From an uncultured Spirochaetota bacterium (GTDB taxonomy: Bacteria; Spirochaetota; Spirochaetia; SZUA-6; Fen-1364): a DNA stretch of 64,000 nucleotides. Positions 41,823 through 51,164 of the stretch are shown here, in pieces. Below the pieces are notes generated by a model, which was not told the DNA's origin, made no database searches, and saw only the letters and a list, made by a program, of their open reading frames with translations. The translations under genes and the position numbers were made by a program. Numbering within the stretch: the first letter of the stretch is position 1; every line of letters starts with the position of its first letter. Location of the stretch: positions 187,402 through 251,401 of the forward strand of contig CAVUXE010000009.1 in NCBI GenBank assembly GCA_963745235.1, in the 5' to 3' direction.

Positions 41823-42164
41823 ATGGAGCAGGAGATCAACGTCACATCGGTCAGGCGAGAGCAGTTTTGGCAGGAGCATATGACGGCGTGGAAAGCAAGC
41901 GGCCTGAAGCAGATGCAGTACTGCCGTGAGCATCAACTTTCCAAGCATGCCTTCGTGTACTGGAAACTGAAGCTTCTGGGAAAAGATCCCCCGCCGGCCA
42001 CGCTTGTTCCCGTCAGTGCCCATCAGTTGCGGCATCTACGCGGCCAGGGTGGCTCGGCGCAAATACGGCTTGTTGTTGGAGAACGTTATCACGTTGAAAT
42101 ACAGCCCGGATTCAACGCGCAGACCCTGCAGGAGATCCTGGGGGTCCTGGAACGTTTGGCATGA
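41823..42164 (+). CDS. tnpA: IS66 TnpA
   Basis: W...WKASGLKQMQYCREHQLS..F.YW. Confidence 0.88.
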   Translation: MEQEINVTSVRREQFWQEHMTAWKASGLKQMQYCREHQLSKHAFVYWKLKLLGKDPPPATLVPVSAHQLRHLRGQGGSAQIRLVVGERYHVEIQPGFNAQTLQEILGVLERLA

Positions 42165-42508
42165 TGCGAATGGATCGCGCCGCGAAGGTCTATCTGGCGG
42201 TAGGGGCCACCGATTTACGCAAGGCGATCAACGGGTTGTCGATACTGGCACAGCAGCAAATGGGACAGGACCCGTTCGGGGGCGGGTATTTCGCATTCAG
42301 CAATAAAGGGCGTAATCGGATCAAGGTTCTGTATTGGGACCGCAATGGGTTCTGTCTCTGGCAGAAACGCTTGGAGCGGGATCGGTTCCGATGGCCAAAG
42401 AACGCGGCGGAGGTGATGGAGCTCGACGGCCGACAGCTGGAATGGTTGCTGGCGGGACTGGATGTAAGGGAAGCACACGCAGAAGTGAAATATTCTCGGG
42501 TAATTTGA
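42161..42508 (+). CDS. tnpB: IS66 TnpB accessory protein
   Basis: TDLRKAINGL, KVLYWDRNGFCLWQKRLE. Confidence 0.95.
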   Translation: MMRMDRAAKVYLAVGATDLRKAINGLSILAQQQMGQDPFGGGYFAFSNKGRNRIKVLYWDRNGFCLWQKRLERDRFRWPKNAAEVMELDGRQLEWLLAGLDVREAHAEVKYSRVI

Positions 42509-42561
42509 GAAAAGTACTTGACCTCCGGGATTTGGACAATGCTACGCATGTGCCCGTGGCG

Positions 42562-43959
42562 ATGACGATGAAGATTGCTGAATTGCCCACGGATGTGAAG
42601 GAACTTCATCATCTGGTCATCGAGCAAAACAAGAAGATACAATTTCTGGAAGAAGAATTGCGCCTTGCCAAGGCGTATCGTTTCGGCCGTTCGGCTGATC
42701 GTGAGATTGAAGACAGGCAGGCACGGCTTTTCAACGAGGCAGAAGACGGAGCAGGACAGAAAAGCGCGCAGTCTCCAAGTGAGCCCCCGATCACCGTGGC
42801 AGCTCACAATAGAAAGAAAGCCGGCCGACGCGCACTGCCGGCGAACCTTCCTCGCGAAGAGATCGTTCACGACCTCCCCGAAGAGCAGAAGGTGTGTGCC
42901 TGCGGGGCTGTGATGAAGCGCATGGGGGAAGAAGTCAACGAACAATTGGAGGTGATCCCCGCCCAGGCGAAGGTCATCCGCCATGTGCGACCCAAGTATG
43001 CATGTCGGGTCTGCCAGGGGGTAGACACCGAGGGTGGTGCGGTGAAGATCGCCCCGCCGGCTGAGCAGTTGATCCCCAAGAGCATCGCCACCCCGGGACT
43101 GCTTGCGTTCTTAATGGTGAACAAGTTTGCTGATGCACTGCCATTTTACCGTCAGGAAAAGATATTCGCCCGCATGGGGGTGGAGCTTTCTCGTACCACG
43201 ATGTGCAGTTGGGCGATGGAGGTGGCCGATCGGTTGAGTCCGCTTCTGCAGTTAATGCGGGATCAGATCCGAGCCGGCCCGTACGTGCAGATCGATGAGA
43301 CGCCGCTTCAGGTATTGGAGGATCCTGGGAGCACCAGCCAGATGTGGGTGTATAGGGGCGGCCAGCCGCATGCACCGACTATTTTCTACGCCTACCATCC
43401 TTCGCGCAGTGGAGACGTGCCATTCGAGTTCCTCAACGGGTATCGGGGATGGGTGCAGACCGACGGGTATGCGGGCTATGACAAATTGGGCAACTGCGAA
43501 GGGGTGGTGATGCTGGGCTGCTGGGCTCATGCTCGACGCAAGTTCGTTGATGTGACCAAGGCAGCCTCGATGGGCTCGGCGGCACATGAGGCGATTGAAT
43601 ACATCCGAAAGCTGTATGCGGTGGAAGCTGATGCTGAGCAGCGTTCACTGGATGAGACACAAAGAGCGGAACTGCGCCGTTCAAAAACGTTGCCGATGCT
43701 GGATGAGTTTCACGGATGGCTGATGAAGCTTCAGGACCAGACACCGCCACAAGGACTGTTGGGCAAGGCGGTCAACTACACCCTTGGACAGTGGGATCGA
43801 CTGGAACGCTATGTCCAGCATGGCATGCTTCGTCCCGACAACAATCTGGCGGAGAACGCCATTCGACCGTTCGTAATTGGAAGAAAGAATTGGCTTTTCA
43901 GTGTGACATCCCGCGGGGCGCAGGCGAGCGCAGCACTCTACAGTGTCATCGAGTCAGCC
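42562..43959 (+). pseudogene. tnpC: IS66 transposase TnpC, 5' part (interrupted after YSVIESA)
   Basis: IDETP, TDGYAGY, CWAHARRKF, DNNLAENAIRP, GRKNWLF. Confidence 0.92.
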
Positions 43960-43979
43960 CTATGCTGAGTTCGGCATAG

Positions 43980-44069
43980 GGCTGACTATGCCGAGCCGCC
44001 AACTATGCCGAGTGGAACCCATTCGGACTGACTTTTGGCGGGTATGATCGTCCCGCGCTCGGCATAGCC
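43980..44069. repeat. RIT left 90-bp inverted repeat
   Basis: Exact reverse complement of 47280-47369; contains ctatgccgag boxes. Confidence 0.95.
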
Positions 44070-44076
44070 AGGCAGG

Positions 44077-45081
44077 TTACAGCGCTCGAAGAAACGCGAG
44101 AAGCTGATCGGGTGGACGGTAGCGGGTCGAGGAAGTACGTCTTGTGGGTGCCACTTTGGCCAAGGCTGCCTCCTTCAGGGCTAAGTTTGCTTCGAGATAA
44201 ACCTGCGTGGTTTCGACGGATTCATGCCCCAACCAGAGGGCGATCACGGAGGTGTCCACACCTGCGCTCAAGAGTTCCATGGCGGCCGTGTGTCTGAGCA
44301 CGTGCGGTGAGATCCGTTTCTGCCTGAGGGAAGGACACCGCAGGCGTGCGGCAGCAGCATGTTTGTTCAGCAGGTACTGGATGGCATCAGGACTGAGTCT
44401 TTCACCGTGGCTCGAAGGGAAGAGAGGCTGGGAGTCCTGTGCAGGAAGCTCTTCGAGCCACGCTCGCAGTGTCGCCGTGCAATGCCGGGTCAGCGGTGTG
44501 CATCGCTCTTTGCGTCCCTTGCCGACGCACCGAACGTGTGCCCCTTTGCCCAGCGTGATGGCCTCACGGTTGATGCTCGCCAACTCGGAGAGACGGAGCC
44601 CGGTCTGAACGGCAAAGAGCAGCAGAGCGTGGTCACGGCGTCCGATCCAAGTGCTCTTGTCTGGTGCGGCAATCAGGGCCTCGATCTCCGGTCGAGTAAG
44701 AAACGGAATCAGTGCGCGCGTGTGCCGTTTCGCTGGTATGGCCAGTACACGTTGGATGTGAGCGCTGTGCGCCGGCTCCTCGTAGGCGGCAAAGTGGAAG
44801 AACGAGCGGATGGCAGTCAGACGGAGGTTTCGTGTCCGGGCTGTGACAGAACGCCGTTTTTCGAGGTCATCGAGGAACGCACTGACCATGGGCGCGTCGA
44901 TGTCCCCAAGCGAGAGGCTCGACGGTTGCTTATGCAATCGAAGCTCTGCGAATCGGAACAGCAAGCGGAACGTATCCCGGTAGGAGGCGATGGTGTGAGG
45001 GCTGACTCGGCGTTGATTCATGAGCCGCTCCACAAAGAAGCGTTCGATCAGAGCCGACATGAGGGGGCTGGTGGAGTTCAT
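44077..45081 (-). CDS. Tyrosine recombinase RitC
   Basis: TGLRLSEL, GKGRKER, HVLRH, LGHES..TTQVY. Confidence 0.93.
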   Translation of the reverse strand: MNSTSPLMSALIERFFVERLMNQRRVSPHTIASYRDTFRLLFRFAELRLHKQPSSLSLGDIDAPMVSAFLDDLEKRRSVTARTRNLRLTAIRSFFHFAAYEEPAHSAHIQRVLAIPAKRHTRALIPFLTRPEIEALIAAPDKSTWIGRRDHALLLFAVQTGLRLSELASINREAITLGKGAHVRCVGKGRKERCTPLTRHCTATLRAWLEELPAQDSQPLFPSSHGERLSPDAIQYLLNKHAAAARLRCPSLRQKRISPHVLRHTAAMELLSAGVDTSVIALWLGHESVETTQVYLEANLALKEAALAKVAPTRRTSSTRYRPPDQLLAFLRAL

Positions 45082-46004
45082 TGTGGCCTCCCCCAGGAGT
45101 CCTCCAGTTTTTGGACTGCATGGCCCATGAGTTCAGGACAGGCCGACAAGTACCAGTACGTGTCCCGCACACAGCTGTGCCCCATATAGGTCGATAGCAC
45201 CGGGAGAAGGAGATCCACATTGCGGCCCTGGCGGTACCACCGCACGAGCGTTTCGACGGCGAAGCGGTGGCGGAAGTCGTGTAGGCGGGGTCCAACAGGG
45301 GCTTGAGGGTCTCGAAGGCCGATCTGGCGGGAGAGCCTCAGAAACACCCGGTAGACGTACTGGGGCAAGAGCTTACCGCCACGTTCAGCGACGAGGAAGT
45401 AAGGACTCCGTGGCGGACAGAGCAGCCTGTCACGGCGATCGGCATAATGAACCAAGACACGCAGCGAACTCGGGTGGATCGGCACCAAACGCGTCTTGCC
45501 GAACTTCGTTGCGCGAATGGTCAGCACGCCCTCTTTCAGGTCGGCATCCTCAGAACGGAGCGCCAGTGCCTCGCCCAGTCTGAGCCCACTGACGGCGAGC
45601 AGGCCAAACAGACAGTGATAGGTCCATGGGCGCAGGCCATCGGTCGGAGTCAGGGCGAGCGTGGCCTCCAGAAGGGCTCGAACCTCTTGCTTCGTATAGA
45701 GATAGGGTTTTGCTCGAGAGAGCCCCGGGAGCATACCCGTTGGTGGGACTTCGGTTCGTGGATCGACGCTTTGCAGGTAGCGGGCGAAACCGCGAACGTC
45801 TGTTAGACGCAACGTCCAGGTCGAATGCCGGCCTTGGGGTTGAGTTGCCCACTCCAGGGCAAGCTTGCGCGTGATGAACGCTGCATCTCGTGTCCGCATG
45901 AAGCGAACGAAATCCGTCAGTCGCTCCTCTTGATGGTGGAACTTGTAGCCAAACCCACGGCGCATGGCGACGTAGGATCGAAGGGCCGATGCGAGTACGT
46001 TCAT
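45078..46004 (-). CDS. Tyrosine recombinase RitB
   Basis: SGLRLGEA, TKFGKTR, HDFRHRFA, YMGH...TYWYL. Confidence 0.93.
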   Translation of the reverse strand: MNVLASALRSYVAMRRGFGYKFHHQEERLTDFVRFMRTRDAAFITRKLALEWATQPQGRHSTWTLRLTDVRGFARYLQSVDPRTEVPPTGMLPGLSRAKPYLYTKQEVRALLEATLALTPTDGLRPWTYHCLFGLLAVSGLRLGEALALRSEDADLKEGVLTIRATKFGKTRLVPIHPSSLRVLVHYADRRDRLLCPPRSPYFLVAERGGKLLPQYVYRVFLRLSRQIGLRDPQAPVGPRLHDFRHRFAVETLVRWYRQGRNVDLLLPVLSTYMGHSCVRDTYWYLSACPELMGHAVQKLEDSWGRPQ

Positions 46005-47240
46005 CGCGTCCCTCCCGGCCACGGCTGTGCGAGGCTCCGCAGGGACGCAAGATCCACCTTCGCGTAGATACGGGTCGTGTCGTGCTTCTGGTGGCGAAGG
46101 ACTTGGCCAATCTCGGTGAGGGATGCCCCGGCTCTCAGAAGCCGAGTTGCCAAGCTATGACGGAAAAGGTGGGCCCCGCGGTGGGCGACCCGTTCTACGC
46201 CGGCCCGCCTGAGAGCCGCCTTGGCTACCTGCGAGATCATCGAGGAGGATGTGAACCCCCGGTGCGGCGCCAGGTGACGGAGGAATACATGACGACAACT
46301 GCAACGAGGCCGACCATGCTGCAGGTAGTCCGCGATAGCAGCCCCGACCTCCATGGGCAACGGCATTGTCGCGCTGCGACCGCCCTTGCCATGGACAGTC
46401 AGTCGTCCTGATCCCCAATCGATGTCCTCCAAGCACAACAGACGAATCTCGTTCGCCCGTAATCCGATGCGAGCGAGCAACAGCAGGATCGCATAGTCCC
46501 GGCGCCCCACCGGCTGGCTGCGGTCACTTCCGGCTGAGAACATTCTCGATCTCTGTCGCCTCGAGGAACGACGGCAGCGTTGCCAATCGCCACCTCCTGA
46601 TCGTTGGTACGCTGCCGGTCATGTCCAAGCAGACGTCACCGCGGTACTGCAGGTAGCGAAGCAAGGATCGAAGGGTCCAGCACATCATCTGAGCTGACCG
46701 AGGACTCTGATCGTTGACGTGCCGTTCGACGAACCGTGTGACGTCTGTGGCTTCCAAGCGTGATAGGGAGCCCTCGGCATCCGCGCATTCCTTCAAGAAC
46801 AGGCGGACGATTCGCCGGTGACGGATGGCGGACACTCGGGCGAGCCCACATTCTCGACGTAGGTGCTCGAGGAAAGCCTCCTCTTGCTGTTCCAGAGGTC
46901 CCAGAGGCGCAGGATGAGGGGGAAGGATTACGTGCGCTTCTCTCAGAACCGAAAGAAGCCTTAGAAGCGCAGGCCGGTCACCCCCAAGCGGACATCGGTA
47001 TCGGGCACGGAACCTCTGGTAGGCATCCACGGTTCGCTCATCGATGTCGTGGAGATCCAGATCACGGCGAGCGAGCCAGTGGCTGAAATCACAGACAACA
47101 GCCAGATTCCTCCATGCACTTTGCCGGCTGTGGCCTTCCTCAAGAAGTCGATCCGCGAACAGGTCGACGTGAGGACCGAGCGGCCCCTCGCGCATCCGTC
47201 GCAGTTTAATAGGAAAAACGAAGTAAGCGTCTATACCCAT
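46001..47240 (-). CDS. Tyrosine recombinase RitA, frameshifted near 46530
   Basis: GPLGPHVD N-terminus; GLRANEI, HLFRHSLAT, LRH....TRIY. Confidence 0.88.
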
Positions 47241-47279
47241 GTTCTCTCCTCCGCCACAAACGTGGTAGAGAGAACATCA

Positions 47280-47369
47280 GGCTATGCCGAGCGCGGGACG
47301 ATCATACCCGCCAAAAGTCAGTCCGAATGGGTTCCACTCGGCATAGTTGGCGGCTCGGCATAGTCAGCC
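47280..47369. repeat. RIT right 90-bp inverted repeat
   Basis: Exact reverse complement of 43980-44069. Confidence 0.95.
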
Positions 47370-47507
47370 AAAGCAAACCGCCACGAGCCCTACTGGTATC
47401 TGCGGTTTTTGTTTGAAGGATTGATTTCAGCCAGGACTGCCGAACAATTTGCCGCCCTGCTTCCTCAGAACATCGATCCCAAGACGCTCCGGCCCGTCGC
47501 AAAGTAG
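47370..47507 (+). pseudogene. tnpC: IS66 TnpC 3' part
   Basis: KANRHEPYWYLRFLFE...ALLP* continues ESA in frame once the RIT is removed. Confidence 0.9.
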
Positions 47508-47711
47508 CAGGCGGTTTCTCGGGCGCTTACGAACTTCGGGTAGAATGCCGTCACCCCGCTGCCCCGGTGGGCAGCATGTTTCGGCGGCGCTCACCGCTCC
47601 CTCGACTCACTGCCAGGGCTGCCCTCGATTTTCGGACGGGGCTCCTTGGGGGGGAGTCATGCGCTCAGGGGCTGGCGCGATTCGCTTGAAATGCTGTTTC
47701 CCGCTTCTGCA

Positions 47712-47777
47712 CTACAGTACGTCAACCGGGCTCGTAACGCCCAGCTTGTTCCTGGACGCAACGTGCGTGTAGATCAT
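47712..47777 (-). pseudogene. intI: Displaced 3' end of the integron integrase, carrying the catalytic Tyr
   Basis: Minus-strand translation MIYTHVASRNKLGVTSPVDVL*, the typical IntI C-terminus. Confidence 0.9.
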
Positions 47778-49050
47778 CGTCTGGGCTTGATAATCCTATG
47801 TCAGATAACCCGTCGCCTGGCTAGCTACGACGAAGGGTTATGATCACGTTCCCGCGTCGACGTGGGGGAGCACTACCGCCGCATTAAACCGCGACCCTTT
47901 GCTCCTTCAAGGACCGGTGACCCCAACAATTGCAATGCCAAGAAGGCCGGACCCCGCGGCAAACGGTGAACCACCTATCGTGGAAAGTGCGCCGGTGCTT
48001 GCGTTGATCTTGTAGGCAGATATGCTATTTCCTGACTGGTTTGTAACGTAGAGGAACTTCCCAGTTGGGTCTACCGCGATTGAATCGGGTCCCTTCCCCG
48101 CAGTGAACGGAGAACCGCCTATTGCAGAGAGTGCGCCGGTGCTCGGATTGATGATGTAGGCAGAGATGTTTGCGCTGCCATTGTTTGCAACGTAGAGGAA
48201 CTTGCCTGTCGGGTCTACAGCAACAGAATAAGGGCCCGACCCGGCCTTGAAGGGCGTTCCGCTTATAGCTGACAGCACTCCGCTGCTTGAGTTAATCCTG
48301 TAGGCGAAGATGTTGCCGCCACCGTAGTTCGTGACGTACAGGAACTTGCCTATTGGATCGACAACGACACCTTCGGGGTATGGCCCTCCGGCAGGGAAAG
48401 GTGAGCCCCTTATCGCAGAGAGCGCCCCGGTGCTGGGCATGATCGTGTACGCCGAGACTCTACCGCTATAATTGTTTTCGACGTAGAGGAACTTTCCCTT
48501 CGGATGTACCGTCATCATTGTGGGGTTCATCCCTGAAGGGAAGGGCGATCCATTCACCGCTGTAAGACTTCCGCCGCTCGGGTTGATTGCGTACGCAGAC
48601 ACGCTCTTGTAAGCGCCATTCGTGATGTAGAGGAACTTCCCCGTTGGCTCTGCGACGATACCATTTGGGCCTGACACTGCGAAAGGCGAGCCGTTTACTG
48701 CCGTAAGCGCCCCGGTGTTGGGGTCAATCATGTAGGCAGACACGCAGGCGCTCACCGTGTTTGTAACGTAGAGGAAGTACCGTTTTGTCTGTGCATCCGT
48801 CGAAGCCGCCATGAGGACCGCAAGAACCGCTACTACGACAATTCCCTTTTTCACTTTATTTTCCTCCTTGGCACCTTGTCATCTGCGCGACCAACGCCGA
48901 CTCGCGCTCATTTCACTTTGGGCTGTAGATGCCTTCGGAAGCTGTATTGAACTCAGCCAGTTACGATTGTACTATGGCCTTTGTTATCTGCAATATGCCA
49001 GCCATGATCTATTGATTCCGATCCCATGGTGTGCCACCCGCTCCACAGCT
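47778..49050. mobile_element. 1.27-kb transposase-less insertion within intI
   Basis: Removing it and one AT copy (47776-77 or 49051-52) restores LGHADVSTT-MIYTH in frame. Confidence 0.8.
47907..48854 (-). CDS. Secreted lactonase-like beta-propeller repeat protein
   Basis: Signal peptide; about six repeats of DPTGKFLYV.N......SAY.IN.STGAL..I.GSPF. Confidence 0.88.
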   Translation of the reverse strand: MKKGIVVVAVLAVLMAASTDAQTKRYFLYVTNTVSACVSAYMIDPNTGALTAVNGSPFAVSGPNGIVAEPTGKFLYITNGAYKSVSAYAINPSGGSLTAVNGSPFPSGMNPTMMTVHPKGKFLYVENNYSGRVSAYTIMPSTGALSAIRGSPFPAGGPYPEGVVVDPIGKFLYVTNYGGGNIFAYRINSSSGVLSAISGTPFKAGSGPYSVAVDPTGKFLYVANNGSANISAYIINPSTGALSAIGGSPFTAGKGPDSIAVDPTGKFLYVTNQSGNSISAYKINASTGALSTIGGSPFAAGSGLLGIAIVGVTGP

Positions 49051-50336
49051 ATGGTGGTCGACACATCCGCGTGTCCGAGCAACTCCTGAATGGTCCGTAT
49101 GTCGTACCCGCGTTCAATCAAGTGCGTCGCGAAGCTGTGCCGCAGCGTGTGAATGCTTGCGTGTTTCGGGATGCCCGCCGCGCGCAACGCATCCCGAAAC
49201 GCCTTCTGGAGTGTCGTCGGATACACATGAAAGCGCCGAACCGTCCGCGACATCGGATCCATAGACAGATTCCCTGACGGGAAGACCCAATACCAGCCCC
49301 ACTCGCGACTTGCATTCGAGAACTTCCTGCCCAATGCGCCGGGGATGGCTACTCCGTCCACGCCCTTCTTTTGATCCTGGTTGTAGAGGGCGTTGACTTT
49401 CAACAGGTGATGACGAATCTCCTCGGTGATCTTTTCCGGCAGGACCGTCTCCCGGTCCTTGTTCCCCTTTCCCGCTCTGATAGTCAGGCAGTTTCTTTCG
49501 AAGTCGATGTCTTTCACGCGCAGGGTGAGACATTCTTCCAATCTCAGACCGCCCCCATAGATCAGGCGGACCATAAGAAGATAGGTCCCCTGCATGCCAG
49601 AGAAAACTCTTGAAATCTCCTGCCTGGTGAGCACGACAGGGAGCCTCTTGGGGACCCGAGACGGCACAACCGTGGACAGGCCGTTGATCTCTATTCCCAG
49701 GATGTTGCGGTAGAGGAAAAGGATGGCATTGAACGCGAGCCTCTGGGTTGCTGCCGCGACACTCTTTTCCACGGCAAGGAAGGAAAGAAAGCTCTTCAAG
49801 TCCTGCTCCGAAAGATCGTTGCATGTCTTCGATCCAAGAAAGGACCTGAACTGCCGCATCCAGGAAAGGTACGCCTTCTCCGTCCTGAGCGAGAGATGCT
49901 TCAGCCGCATGAGCTGCACCAACTCCTGTTCGAGGCGGCTCCAACTCGAAAACAGCCGTCTGCGCACTTGCGTGGCCCTCGCGTTCTTTGCGTCAACCCG
50001 AGGCTGGTCACCGGCCGCGGGCCCCGGGCGGAAACTGTGAGGGTCGAATCGCTGCGCCTCGCAGCCAGCGGTCGCTTCGTACCGGATCTCGCGAGCCTTC
50101 GGATCGCCGCACCGCGCCCTGTAGTAGGAGTACAGTTGCAGAGCTCTCTGTGCCTGCTGGACCTGCCATTTCGGGTAGCTTCCAGCGAGCCAACGCAGGA
50201 AGTAGGCCAAGGACTGATTGTCGACCGTCTCCCGCTTGGTAATACTTCGGTATGTACTTGCCCAAAGGTGGTACACCTGGCGAAGAGGTTGCTCAACCCT
50301 GTTGTGCTCGGCCAGAAAGTCTGCAAACGACTGCAT
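49051..50336 (-). pseudogene. intI: Integron integrase IntI, 5' part (interrupted)
   Basis: GGGLRLEEC, GKGNKDR, IntI-specific insertion EWGWYWVFPS, HTLRHSFATHL, LGHADVSTT; divergent from attI and the cassettes. Confidence 0.93.
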
Positions 50337-50469
50337 AACTCACCCACCTTCTGTATTAGGCACCTGCTCCATAACAAGACGTGGGAGATTGCTGTGCTGC
50401 TTGCAGGGGGAGCAGAAACCGCTCTGGAGCCCCCGCCGCCTAACACGCCCGACCAGGGCCTTATAGACA

Positions 50470-50492
50470 ACTCGCTAATATGGTTGTTACAC
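50470..50492 (+). other. attI recombination site (core G|TTACAC at 50486)
   Basis: Identity between cassette 1 and its copy (cassette 9) begins exactly at gttacac; no attC upstream. Confidence 0.8.
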
Positions 50493-51158
50493 GCACGCAA
50501 ATTGTTCTGAGAAAGCCCCCGTGGTTGGAGTATTGTTTGCTGGCTTGAGATTTTGAAAGTTGGGCGGAGAACGGGCCGGCAGGGATTTCCTATCAAAGAA
50601 GGCTGGTGGTGATTGCTTCAAGGCAGTTCGCCGCCGAAGGCTTGGCTGATCGAAGTGGTACTTGATGACGCAGACAAGCAGGGGCGATAGCTGAGTTACA
50701 CTACGCACCGGCCCTTCGGACCAGCACAGGTTCGCTGGAAGCAGGTGGCGATTGCTTCAAGGCAACTGGCTTGCGAAGGTTTGGTTGATCGTAACGGTAT
50801 CTGAAGAGGCAACAGAGTGTGGAGATAGATGGGTTCCATACGGTCTGGTCCAAAGGGCCGGCAGGGATCGATTGCAACAAGGGAGTCCGCCGCGGAGGGT
50901 TGGCTGATTGTAGAGGTGCTTGAAGGCGCAGACAAGCAGAGGAGATAGCTGGGCTCCACCACGAACCGGCCCGTGAAGAGAAGATTCGTAGTGCTGGCGA
51001 CCTTTCCACACCATGCTGCAGGAAGAAGGCACCCAGCACTAGGCGTCCGTGTAACAAATCGTTGAAGCCGACCCCTTAACGGCTGCCTTATACTGAGGCA
51101 CAGGTTTGGTAAGAGCCGCCGCCGCTGGGCTGATGCGGCGGGGCGGCTTAACTCTATG
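50487..51158 (+). other. Cassette 1: gene-less cassette with three degenerate tandem repeats
   Basis: No sense-strand ORF of 60 aa or more; about 99% identical to 57356-58026. Confidence 0.8.
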
Positions 51159-51164
51159 TTATGA
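51049..51164 (+). other. attC1
   Basis: gtgtaac...gttgaagccgacccc...ggggcggcttaac...gttatga. Confidence 0.9.

Larger units (their letters stand above)
43960..47369 (-). mobile_element. RIT (recombinase-in-trio) element
   Basis: Three overlapping tyrosine recombinase genes between perfect 90-bp IRs; tcagcc duplicated at both junctions. Confidence 0.92.
41741..47530 (+). mobile_element. IS66-family insertion sequence, interrupted by a RIT element
   Basis: Terminal IRs gtaagcgcgcgacaaaccgc and gcggtttctcgggcgcttac; 8-bp target duplication gaacttcg (41733-40, 47531-38); tnpABC. Confidence 0.95.

Noticed and set aside
47842-47873. Single sequence resembling a type I-E CRISPR repeat (gtgctcccccacgtcgacgcgggaacgtgatc on the minus strand)
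   Set aside because: One degenerate copy, with no spacers and no cas genes
47778-49050. The intI insertion as a self-splicing group II intron
   Set aside because: No GUGYG 5' end, no recognisable domain V and no reverse transcriptase; only the terminal AT fits
48984-49050. ORF-track C-terminus of IntI (IAVERVAHHGIGINRSWLAYCR) as a natural variant
   Set aside because: It is read-through into the insertion; the true tail is at 47712-47777
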